From sequence record PP920555.1: a stretch of DNA of 44,245 nucleotides. One strand, written 5' to 3'. Origin of the DNA: Escherichia phage SM_W22. The notes under the pieces were generated by a model. That model did no database searches. It saw only the letters and a program-made list of their open reading frames with translations, and was not told the DNA's origin. Of the stretch, positions 9,443-17,788 are shown piece by piece (within the stretch, counting starts at the first letter, position 1; the number at the start of each line of letters is the position of its first letter). The position numbers were made by a program, and so were the translations under genes.

Positions 9443-10036
9443 GTGGCTGAAGTCTACTCATTCGCCGCCACTATTGCTACGTGGGTGGATAAGACGAAGG
9501 AGAACAACGATAAGGCGGTGCGGGCGTACGGGATGCAAATACTCGGACGCCTTATTGAGATCTCCCCGGTGGGCGACCCTCGCCGGTGGAAAATTAACAG
9601 GGCTTACGCGCTGGCCCGCCAGCACGCGAACAAGGTGAACGCCGCGCAGCGTCGCAAGAATGGTGGCAAACTGAAGCGCGGGCAGAAAAAGCACGCCAGC
9701 GTGCTGGTATCATTCAAGACTAAAAACGGCAACGTCACGTTCCGCCAGCGTGGCTGGGCTGCGAAGAATTACACCGGCGGACGCTTCCGGGGAAACTGGC
9801 AGGTTACGTTCGACCGCCCGGCTGTTGGCGCTATTGACCGCGTGGACAAGGCCGGAACGGCAACATTAGCCGCTGGGCGTGAAGTGTTAGCGCACTATGA
9901 TTCGAGTGAATACGGGTCGATCTGGTTTACTAACAACGTGCCATACGCGCAGCGACTTGAGTATGGCTGGAGTAAACAAGCGCCCGCGGGGATTGTTCGC
10001 GTAGTAGCGGCAGAAATTAATTCGAAGGTGAAATAA
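9443..10036 (+). CDS. Putative neck / tail completion protein (HK97 gp10-like)
   Basis: 197 aa, GTG start per track; position in neck block; C-terminal EYGWSKQAP-like segment. Confidence 0.45.
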   Translation: MAEVYSFAATIATWVDKTKENNDKAVRAYGMQILGRLIEISPVGDPRRWKINRAYALARQHANKVNAAQRRKNGGKLKRGQKKHASVLVSFKTKNGNVTFRQRGWAAKNYTGGRFRGNWQVTFDRPAVGAIDRVDKAGTATLAAGREVLAHYDSSEYGSIWFTNNVPYAQRLEYGWSKQAPAGIVRVVAAEINSKVK

Positions 10037-10458
10037 TGAGCAATACTCTAATCCGCAAGGCGCTTAACCGCGTGGTAGAAGATTTATCGGTAAGCCTGAG
10101 CACCAGCCAGCGACCGATCCTTGTTAACTGGGAGAACGTGCAAGGGGACCACGCAAACGGCAGCGGTGTCTACCTGGAACCATATCTGCTTCCGGCCCCT
10201 ACCCAGTTTGTGGGCTTCCAGCAGAAGGGCCGGATCTATGCAGGCGTGTATCAGATTGCCGTGGTATTTCCTGCTGGCACGGGCACACAGTATGCGAGCG
10301 AACTGGCGGACGCCATTGCGACGTCAGACAAGTGGCAGGCCGTAAGGCTTACCGGCGCTGCATTCCAGCTTCAGGACGCGCCATACACCAGTTCAGTTAT
10401 TGAGGATGTTGATCGCGCCCGCATCGTGGTTACAGTACCCTACACCTGTTGCGCCTGA
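10036..10458 (+). CDS. Putative tail terminator / tail completion protein
   Basis: 140 aa ORF immediately preceding major tail protein gene. Confidence 0.4.
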   Translation: MSNTLIRKALNRVVEDLSVSLSTSQRPILVNWENVQGDHANGSGVYLEPYLLPAPTQFVGFQQKGRIYAGVYQIAVVFPAGTGTQYASELADAIATSDKWQAVRLTGAAFQLQDAPYTSSVIEDVDRARIVVTVPYTCCA

Positions 10459-10518
10459 TTTGGCGCAATTCTGCGCGTGCTGTATCATTAAACCGTATAT
10501 CTAAACAGGAGCTTTATT

Positions 10519-11244
10519 ATGGGTTATCAACTTCCCAACGGGTCCAGCGTCCAGATCGGGTCCGTATTAGGCAGCGGCATCGCGGTTACGGCAGCTACCA
10601 ACGCCGCGGCGTCAATCTCCGATCTTACGCAAGGTTGCGTAATTACCTGCGCGGCTTCGCATGGTCTGGTTGTTGGCGACGTTGTTATGTTCACTAAAAC
10701 CCCGTGGGTCCGAGCGCTTAACCGCGCATTCATCGTGGGTAAAGTGGACGCCAACGACGTTACGCTGGCGCGCTTCGACACCGAAGACGTCACAAAATAC
10801 CCGACAGGCGCTTTCAGCGTAGGCACTCCAGGCGAAGTGGTGAAGGTGTCTGGCTTTATCGACTTCCCTTTCATTACTAACGTTGCCGTGTCTGGTGGCG
10901 ACCAGCAGACGACTACCTTCCAGCCGTTGCAGGTGAACACCGCAATCAGTCTGAACACCACGAAAAACCCGTTGGTACAGACTTACACTTTCACCCACGA
11001 CGAAGAAGACCCGATCCGCCCAATCCTGGAAGACCTGGACGACACACAGAAAACCACTGTGATCAAGTTCACTAACCCAGCGGCAGCAAGCGGCAAAGGT
11101 GAGATCCGTATTTACCCGGCAAAGGTATCTTTCCAGAAGATTCCTTCCGCTGAAGTAAACAACGTGGAAACGGTGCAGTCCACTCTGACCATGCAGTCTG
11201 ATATGGTTATCTACCGTAAGGACCTGGTCGAGGCGATGTCTTGA
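10519..11244 (+). CDS. Major tail protein (tail tube)
   Basis: 241 aa, RBS ACAGGAG, followed by strong terminator and chaperone genes (lambda V-like position). Confidence 0.65.
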   Translation: MGYQLPNGSSVQIGSVLGSGIAVTAATNAAASISDLTQGCVITCAASHGLVVGDVVMFTKTPWVRALNRAFIVGKVDANDVTLARFDTEDVTKYPTGAFSVGTPGEVVKVSGFIDFPFITNVAVSGGDQQTTTFQPLQVNTAISLNTTKNPLVQTYTFTHDEEDPIRPILEDLDDTQKTTVIKFTNPAAASGKGEIRIYPAKVSFQKIPSAEVNNVETVQSTLTMQSDMVIYRKDLVEAMS

Positions 11245-11264
11245 TTTGGTCGCTTAAATAGCGA

Positions 11265-11289
11265 GTGTTAATATGGGGCCAGCAAGGCC
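11265..11289 (+). terminator. Intrinsic terminator after major tail protein gene
   Basis: GGGGCC-agcaa-GGCCCC hairpin followed by T8. Confidence 0.8.
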
Positions 11290-11315
11290 CCTTTTTTTTA
11301 TTGGAGAATACTACA

Positions 11316-11678
11316 ATGGCTAAAGCACCACTCTTCACACTTGACCCTAAACCAACATTTAAGCTGCCGATTGAGATCCCGCGCCCTGGTGAGAACGAAC
11401 CAGGCAAGATGACGTTTACCGTCCGCCACCGCCCTATCGACGAATTTTCGCAGACCATGCAGGACACCGAACGCAAGTTGTCGGAGTATGACGACAATGA
11501 CCCGGACGGCTTTAACGTTATGGTCGAGGCCATCATGCACGTCGCAGAAGGCTGGAATCTGCCGGACGAATTTAACGCGGAGAACGTCCGCCGCCTGGTG
11601 GTCAACTATCCACGCGCGTTCGGTGTGTTCCACACGTCGTACTATCTCGAACTGATGGGGTTGCGTGAAAAAAACTAA
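11316..11678 (+). CDS. Tail assembly chaperone (lambda G-like)
   Basis: Track ORF trimmed to Met after terminator; acidic protein upstream of tape measure; ends at slippery heptamer A AAA AAC. Confidence 0.65.
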   Translation: MAKAPLFTLDPKPTFKLPIEIPRPGENEPGKMTFTVRHRPIDEFSQTMQDTERKLSEYDDNDPDGFNVMVEAIMHVAEGWNLPDEFNAENVRRLVVNYPRAFGVFHTSYYLELMGLREKN

Positions 11679-11992
11679 TTGAGGCGGCGCGACGCTTTTA
11701 TGGCCCGCCGCCACCCTCCGAAGATTTAGCCGCAAGTTTATGGGGTGCGGCCCCCGAAGATGTTTGTCCGCCTGTTGCGCTATGGCCCGACAACGCGAAG
11801 GTAGTCGCAGTCTTCACAGATTGCTCCACGCAATGGCGCACCGGTTTTGGTGGCGCATACGGCATCGACTACGGCGTGCTGGAGTGGTTATTTAAGATGC
11901 ACGGTATCGAAAACGAACAGCGCGCGTTTAAAGATATCAAGCTAATGGAACGAATAGCGCTTGATGAGATGGCGCAGCAGAACCCCGCATAA
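11316..11992 (+). CDS. Tail assembly chaperone frameshift product (GT-like), predicted -1 frameshift at about 11669-11675
   Basis: Slippery heptamer A_AAA_AAC at last codons of G-like ORF; -1 frame is open for about 105 further codons with no start codon of its own. Confidence 0.5.
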
Positions 11993-11993
11993 T

Positions 11994-12375
11994 GAAGCGG
12001 GACAGGCGGGACGTCCCGTTTTGTCCCGCCTCTGTAAAACTGCATATCTACTCACTTCCACTGCATAAACTCAAAACGGGACAAGCGGGACGTCCCGTTT
12101 TGTCACGCCCTGTAAATATGCATACCTATGCAGATTTCGTGCATAAACCAAACGGGACAGAAAGCGGGACAAACAAGGGGCGGGACAAAGCGGGACAGCA
12201 CCCCATCCCCGCCAGTGCTGCCGCGGTTTTTAGCCGATCGGGACAGCGGGACAGCACCCCAGTCTTTCAGACTAGACGGGGGTCTATGGCCCCCCTCGTC
12301 TGAGACTGAATAAGGTTTGTTTTGAAATCGCTGATACAATATCCATCGGCAACTGCATAAAAAGGGGACTGCATA
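11994..12375. repeat. Iteron- and palindrome-rich noncoding region (copy A of duplicated element at about 12111-12313)
   Basis: About ten CGGGACA units, perfect palindrome CGGGACGTCCCG twice, CTGCATAA motifs; last roughly 200 bp near-identical to 39447-39654. Confidence 0.75.
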
Positions 12376-15018
12376 ATGGCAGATCAGGCAGCAGGCATCA
12401 CGCTAAAGGCGGATGTCGCACAAATCAGAACGGCGAATACTGTGCTGGATTCATTCGCACAGAAATCCGAGAACACAGAAAACAAGGTTAAGAAATTAAA
12501 CGACACTCTCGGCAAATCCAAAAAGGTGACGAGTGATGCCGCTGGCGGAATGGAGAAGCTGGCAAACGAATCGCAGCGCGCCGCCGATGGCATGACGAAA
12601 CAGGAGCGACTCGCCAACAGGTTAGGCATGTCGACTAAAAACCTGGGCTTTGCCTCGCGTAACGCCGCATTCCAGTTACAGGATATCGCAGTTACGCTTG
12701 AGATGGGGATGCCGGTACACCGCGTTATGCTTCAGCAGTTACCGCAGCTAACTGGGGCGTTCGGTGGATTGGGTAACACTCTGCGTTATGTTGCTGGCTT
12801 CCTCGGTCCAGTTGGGATCGGCCTTGCTGCGGTAACGGCAACGTTAGGCGTGGGCGTAGCAATTACGTCCCGCGCAGAGAACCAGGTCGCAGCGCTTAAC
12901 AAGACGCTGGCGCTGTCAGGTAACATTTCCGGCCTAACGGCAAACCAGATCCTGGTGCTATCCGAGAACGCCGAGCGCATGGGCGGATCATTCCGCAAGA
13001 CGCGTGACACAATCCAGGCGCTGGCGGCGGCGGGTGTGAAAGCGGGGGCGGACTTCGGCGCGCTGGCGAAGGTTGTGAATGACTTCGCGAAGGCGTCTAA
13101 TCAGCCGATCTCTGACGTGGTTGAATCCATCTCAAAATTGTCGAACGACCCAGTGGGCGGACTGCGTGCGCTGGCGGATAAGTATCATGTCGTTACCGAG
13201 GCGCAGATCCAGCAGGTGCAATCGCTTGTAGATATGGGGCGTGAAACGGACGCGGTTGCTCTGGCTAACAAAACAGCCGCTGCGTCGTTCTCCAGCATGA
13301 CCGATGAGGTAAAGTCCAACATGGGTACGCTTGAGCGGTCGATGAACGTAGTTACATCGGCAGCTAAATCTATGTGGGATGCCATCCTGGATGTGGGCCG
13401 CGCGCAGTCCTCGAATGAGTCCGAGATGAAAGCGCGTGAGTCCTTGCAGCGCATGACCACGGCGTACTATGCCGAGATGAGGGCGGTAAACGCTGCCGGT
13501 GGGGTGATGACCGAAGCGCAGAAAGCGCGTATTAACATGCTTTACAGCGAACTGGTCGCCCAGGAAAAGGTAGTAGCGTCGCTCACCCTTCGCAACCGTG
13601 CCGAGCGAGACAGCGCCAGCGCCGCGGATGAAGCAGCAAAGGCGAACGAGGAGGCAAACCGCGCCGCCCGCGACCGCGCCGCGTTTGAGAAGGAGTACGC
13701 AACCAACGCTAAGAAGCGCGCCGACGAGATCGCCCGCCTCAATTTGCTGAATAAGCGCGGCGTGATCGACGAGAAGGAACTGGCTGAGGCGGTGAAGCAG
13801 GTCAACGAGCGCTACAAAGACCCAGCACCGAAGAAGGCAGCGGCTGTTCGCGTGGATGCCGGCATGAAAATGCTGGAGGTCGCACGGAGCGAACTGGCAC
13901 AGCTTCGGGAATCAGGCAAGCAGATTGAGGCCAACTCCTCAACTCAGACCCGCACACAGCGCGCGCAAGCGGCCCTTAACAAGCTGATTGCCGATAATGA
14001 GCAGTTAATCGCAGCTAGTAAGGAAAGGGCACTCACGGCAGCAGAGAAGCAGCAATTAGTCGAATTTGGACGCGTGAAGGAAGTCCGCGAGCAGATCGTC
14101 GAAGAAGCCAAATTGCTGGACGCGAAAGAGAAGCAGGTCAAGGCGCACGCGCAGATCGATGCCTTCGTTAAGAACCAGAACGCAGAGCTAAAAGCCACCG
14201 CCGCGGGCTATGCACTTTCCACTCGCGAAGCGGCTAACCTTCGCGAAGAATTGCAGCTAATTGACCGCCTTCGTCGTGTTGGCGCTAACGATACCGATAT
14301 TGACCTGGCGGTGTCTAAGCTGCGCGAAGTGCAGGAAGCACAGACCGGGGCTAACGCCTCGCTATGGGATGGCTTCAGCCGCGGGCTTAAGGATAGCGTT
14401 GATGAAATGGGTAACGGATATACGCAGATGACGACACTCACAAAATTCACGTTCGGCGCTATGCAGGACACGATGAACGAGTTTTTCGAGACTGGTAAGC
14501 TGAACGCAAAGGATATGGTTAAGTCCATCCTGAGCGAATTAATCAAGCTGGCTACCTCGCAGGCGTTCAAGTCCATCGTTAGCGCTTTCGGTGGCGACGG
14601 CGGCAAAAACGGATTGTTCGGCGCTATCTTCTCTGGCCTTACTAAGAATGCGGACGGCGGAGCGTACGCAGGCGGCAATCTCGCGGCCTATTCGGGGAAA
14701 GTGGTAAGCCAGCCTACCTTTTTCAGTTATGGCGTCCAGGCGTTCGCTAGGGGCGCAGGATTGATGGGCGAGGCTGGTCCCGAGGCCATCATGCCGCTGA
14801 AGCGCGGGCCGGACGGGAAACTGGGCGTTGCCGCGTCTGGCGCAGGCGGTGGTATGGTCGTGACGACTAACGTTTACACGGGGGCCGGTAAAACGGATAC
14901 CAGTGTCAGCGGGCCGGATCCTCGTACCGCGCAGGCGTTCGGCAAGCAAATCACCGAGGCGGTGAAGGCCGAGATCGTGAAGGCGACGAAACCGGGTGGT
15001 GTACTTTACAAACGATGA
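12376..15018 (+). CDS. Tail tape measure protein
   Basis: 880 aa, long coiled-coil/Ala-rich protein with Gly-rich C-terminal region; position after chaperones. Confidence 0.88.
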   Translation: MADQAAGITLKADVAQIRTANTVLDSFAQKSENTENKVKKLNDTLGKSKKVTSDAAGGMEKLANESQRAADGMTKQERLANRLGMSTKNLGFASRNAAFQLQDIAVTLEMGMPVHRVMLQQLPQLTGAFGGLGNTLRYVAGFLGPVGIGLAAVTATLGVGVAITSRAENQVAALNKTLALSGNISGLTANQILVLSENAERMGGSFRKTRDTIQALAAAGVKAGADFGALAKVVNDFAKASNQPISDVVESISKLSNDPVGGLRALADKYHVVTEAQIQQVQSLVDMGRETDAVALANKTAAASFSSMTDEVKSNMGTLERSMNVVTSAAKSMWDAILDVGRAQSSNESEMKARESLQRMTTAYYAEMRAVNAAGGVMTEAQKARINMLYSELVAQEKVVASLTLRNRAERDSASAADEAAKANEEANRAARDRAAFEKEYATNAKKRADEIARLNLLNKRGVIDEKELAEAVKQVNERYKDPAPKKAAAVRVDAGMKMLEVARSELAQLRESGKQIEANSSTQTRTQRAQAALNKLIADNEQLIAASKERALTAAEKQQLVEFGRVKEVREQIVEEAKLLDAKEKQVKAHAQIDAFVKNQNAELKATAAGYALSTREAANLREELQLIDRLRRVGANDTDIDLAVSKLREVQEAQTGANASLWDGFSRGLKDSVDEMGNGYTQMTTLTKFTFGAMQDTMNEFFETGKLNAKDMVKSILSELIKLATSQAFKSIVSAFGGDGGKNGLFGAIFSGLTKNADGGAYAGGNLAAYSGKVVSQPTFFSYGVQAFARGAGLMGEAGPEAIMPLKRGPDGKLGVAASGAGGGMVVTTNVYTGAGKTDTSVSGPDPRTAQAFGKQITEAVKAEIVKATKPGGVLYKR

Positions 15019-15052
15019 TAAAATGGCCCTCACTACAACGTGGGGGCTTTTT

Positions 15053-15652
15053 ATGTCACAAGGTACAATCACACTAACGAAAGGAAGTAAGACCGTCACG
15101 GGCGCGGGAACGGCGTTCCTTAGCGAGATCGGGAAGGTACTCGTATTCGCCCGCATCGACGGCAACGACTACACCGGCAAAATTGCGGCATTCAACTCGA
15201 ACACGGTCATTACTCTGAAAGATAACTGGGCTGGGCCAACGAAATCCGGTGCGACATATGAGCTAATCGAAGCACACGACCCGCGATCAAACGAATGGCC
15301 CTATTACTGGCACATGCAATTGCAGGGCGGTGGCGACGTGCAGTTAGCTTTCCGGTCGGAGGAATTGCAATTCGGTAATGGCTACGGACAGAACATCGCG
15401 GACGGCCCGAACGCCGAAACGAAACAGTTCCCCGTGCAATTCGTCGGGCTGACTACTGACAAATGGTGCGACCCTAAACTGGTTTACAACTTCCTACGCG
15501 GGCACTTCGTAAAACCGTTCATTGTCACCGCGCCGGATGGCGAAACAGGTTTATTCGTGGTCGAGCGTTCGAGCTTGTCGTACACTGACAATGGGCACTA
15601 CACGGCAACCGTATCCGCTACCCTTAAGACTGCAATTGGATTCGTAAGATGA
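15053..15652 (+). CDS. Minor tail protein (lambda M-like position)
   Basis: Track ORF trimmed to Met with GGGGG RBS after tape measure stop; first gene of M-L-K-I-J-like block. Confidence 0.45.
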   Translation: MSQGTITLTKGSKTVTGAGTAFLSEIGKVLVFARIDGNDYTGKIAAFNSNTVITLKDNWAGPTKSGATYELIEAHDPRSNEWPYYWHMQLQGGGDVQLAFRSEELQFGNGYGQNIADGPNAETKQFPVQFVGLTTDKWCDPKLVYNFLRGHFVKPFIVTAPDGETGLFVVERSSLSYTDNGHYTATVSATLKTAIGFVR

Positions 15653-16437
15653 ATAAACTTTATCGCGAGGCGACGCGCTTTGACCCATCGGGTCGCGTTC
15701 GCCTGATTCACATTGACGCGCAGGACGTGGAACCAGGCGACGGTGCGATCGGCGCGGGCCATCACTATTTCCACTACTGCTTTATTCCGCACACTGCCGA
15801 GGATATTGCTGCCGCCGGTGGTGACGAGGATAAGCTAAAACCTAAATCAATCTTCTTCGGCGGGCAGGAGTTCGAATTTTGGCCCTTCGATTTGTCCGGC
15901 CTTAACTTCTCCACATCGACGGCGGCAGAACCGCAACTAACAATCGTCGATATTGGCGGCATAATCACCCGGCTGTCGCTGAATCACGACCAGCTACTTG
16001 GCGCGAAGGTTGAGATCATTGATACGTTCGCGAAGTTCCTGGACAACGGGACAGATCCAGACCCGACGCAGAAACGAGTTCAGGAGTATTACATCGACTC
16101 GCAGGTCGGGCGCAATCCGGGCAAGCAAATCACCTTCGCACTATCCTCACCTGCGGATATGGAAGGGCAGGTCGTACCCCGTCGCCAAATCATGAATATG
16201 TGCGAATGGGCGCTCAACGGGAAGTACGCCAGCGGGGACGGGTGCACCTGGAACCTTGCGAAGCCTGGTATCAAGTATTACGACGAGCGAGGTAATGAAG
16301 TCATCGCGAGGAACATGGACCGATGCGGCGGCTGTTTGTCCGACTGTTATCTTCGATTCGGGCAAGGGCTTGCGGACCCTAAAGCGGCGGTGCTGGACTT
16401 CGGCGGCTTTCCGGGGTCCAGATTAATTAAGGGGTAG
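15649..16437 (+). CDS. Minor tail protein L-like
   Basis: 262 aa; C-terminal Cys cluster (CGGCLSDC) as in lambda gpL; position. Confidence 0.65.
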   Translation: MNKLYREATRFDPSGRVRLIHIDAQDVEPGDGAIGAGHHYFHYCFIPHTAEDIAAAGGDEDKLKPKSIFFGGQEFEFWPFDLSGLNFSTSTAAEPQLTIVDIGGIITRLSLNHDQLLGAKVEIIDTFAKFLDNGTDPDPTQKRVQEYYIDSQVGRNPGKQITFALSSPADMEGQVVPRRQIMNMCEWALNGKYASGDGCTWNLAKPGIKYYDERGNEVIARNMDRCGGCLSDCYLRFGQGLADPKAAVLDFGGFPGSRLIKG

Positions 16438-16439
16438 TT

Positions 16440-17180
16440 ATGTTAACGAAGAAGGTTAAAAGCGATATCGCCGCACACGTCGCGGCCTGTCTGCCGGAAG
16501 AAGCCTGTGGCCTGGTTGTCATGGTGGGTCGTAAGCAAGTGTTCGTCCCATGTCTGAACGTATTCGAAGACCCGACCGGCGTGCGCTCACGCAAAGACGC
16601 TTTTACGATTAGTGATATGGCCTGGATGGATGCCGAGGATATGGGCGACGTCGTGCGCGTAGTCCACTCACACCCGGGTCAGCGCGAGTTAACCCCCTCA
16701 CTGGGCGACGTTAACGGATGCAACGGCAGCGGCGTAGTGTGGACCATCACTAACGAATATGGCGACTTTATTGAGATTGACCCGGAAGACCCGCCGCTGG
16801 TAGGCCGCCGATTTGTTCTCGGAATTACGGATTGTTACGGCCTCGTCATGGACTGGCACAAAAAGCAGGGAGTAAATTTGCCAGACTTCCGCGTGCCGTA
16901 TAACTGGTGGGAGACAGGCGAAAATCTGTATATGGATAACTGGTACGGCGCTGGATTCAGGGAATGCGAGGAGAATACGCCGGGGGCGATGGTCATCATG
17001 CAGATTAGCGCGCCAGTGCCTAACCACGCCGGGATATTCCTTCCAGGCAACCAACTCCTACACCATATCTACGGCAGTCTGTCGAGCGTGATACCCTTCC
17101 GGTCAGGATTTTTCCGGGACAATGTGGTTAAATGGGTACGTCATAAAGACCTACCGGGGAATATAACAGAATGGCAATGA
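16440..17180 (+). CDS. Tail assembly protein K-like (JAB/MPN + NlpC/P60)
   Basis: HSHP metal-binding motif (VVHSHPG) and downstream Cys/His-containing region; position after L. Confidence 0.7.
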   Translation: MLTKKVKSDIAAHVAACLPEEACGLVVMVGRKQVFVPCLNVFEDPTGVRSRKDAFTISDMAWMDAEDMGDVVRVVHSHPGQRELTPSLGDVNGCNGSGVVWTITNEYGDFIEIDPEDPPLVGRRFVLGITDCYGLVMDWHKKQGVNLPDFRVPYNWWETGENLYMDNWYGAGFRECEENTPGAMVIMQISAPVPNHAGIFLPGNQLLHHIYGSLSSVIPFRSGFFRDNVVKWVRHKDLPGNITEWQ

Positions 17181-17788
17181 CCACATTTAAATTATACGGC
17201 GTTTTAGGACGTCGATTCGGTAAAGTGCATAAGCTGGACTGCTTCACTCCGGGCGAGGGTATCACCGGCCTGTGCGTGAAGTTACCCGGCTTACAGGACT
17301 TTCTAATGTCGGCCCACCTGGACAATATGATGTTCAAGGTGCGCAAAGGCGACCACACGATGACCGGCTATGATGAGCTGGGCGAGTTCCACGGCAACCG
17401 CGTAGTTACCATCGCGCCGGTTATGACGGGCGCAAAAAGAGGGTTGGGACAATTGCTGGCGGGTGTCGCGATCGTAGTGGCGTCGTTCTATACGGGCGGA
17501 CTTGCTACTGCCGCTTTCGGGGCTTCGGCTGCAACCGCTGCCGCTATCGGGACGGCGACGTTTTCGTTCGGGATGTCGATGGCGCTGGGTGGCGTTATGC
17601 AATTGCTGTCGCCACAACCGAAAGGATTGCAGACAAGGCAGGACGTGGATAACAAAGCGTCGTACGCGTTCGGCGGGCCAGTGAATACAACAGCGCAAGG
17701 CACGGCGCTTGGTGTATTATGGGGCGAGCGTGAGATCGGCGGCGCTATTATTTCAGCCGGAATCGTAACCGAGGACTTGAACGAATGA
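17171..17788 (+). CDS. Tail assembly protein I-like
   Basis: 205 aa with Gly/Ala-rich C-terminal hydrophobic region, overlapping K stop and J start. Confidence 0.6.
   Translation: MAMTTFKLYGVLGRRFGKVHKLDCFTPGEGITGLCVKLPGLQDFLMSAHLDNMMFKVRKGDHTMTGYDELGEFHGNRVVTIAPVMTGAKRGLGQLLAGVAIVVASFYTGGLATAAFGASAATAAAIGTATFSFGMSMALGGVMQLLSPQPKGLQTRQDVDNKASYAFGGPVNTTAQGTALGVLWGEREIGGAIISAGIVTEDLNE

Noticed and set aside
11992-12303. Plus-strand ORF (103 aa) across the iteron region, and its sibling 39390..39644 (84 aa)
   Set aside because: Both lie entirely in repetitive GCGGGACA/palindromic DNA and share their C-terminal 50 aa only because the DNA element is duplicated; composition is low-complexity, so I treat them as noncoding repeats.
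12000-12310. CRISPR array interpretation of the GCGGGACA repeats
   Set aside because: Repeat units are only 8-9 bp with irregular short spacing and embedded palindromes, and no cas genes are present; more consistent with iterons or protein-binding sites.
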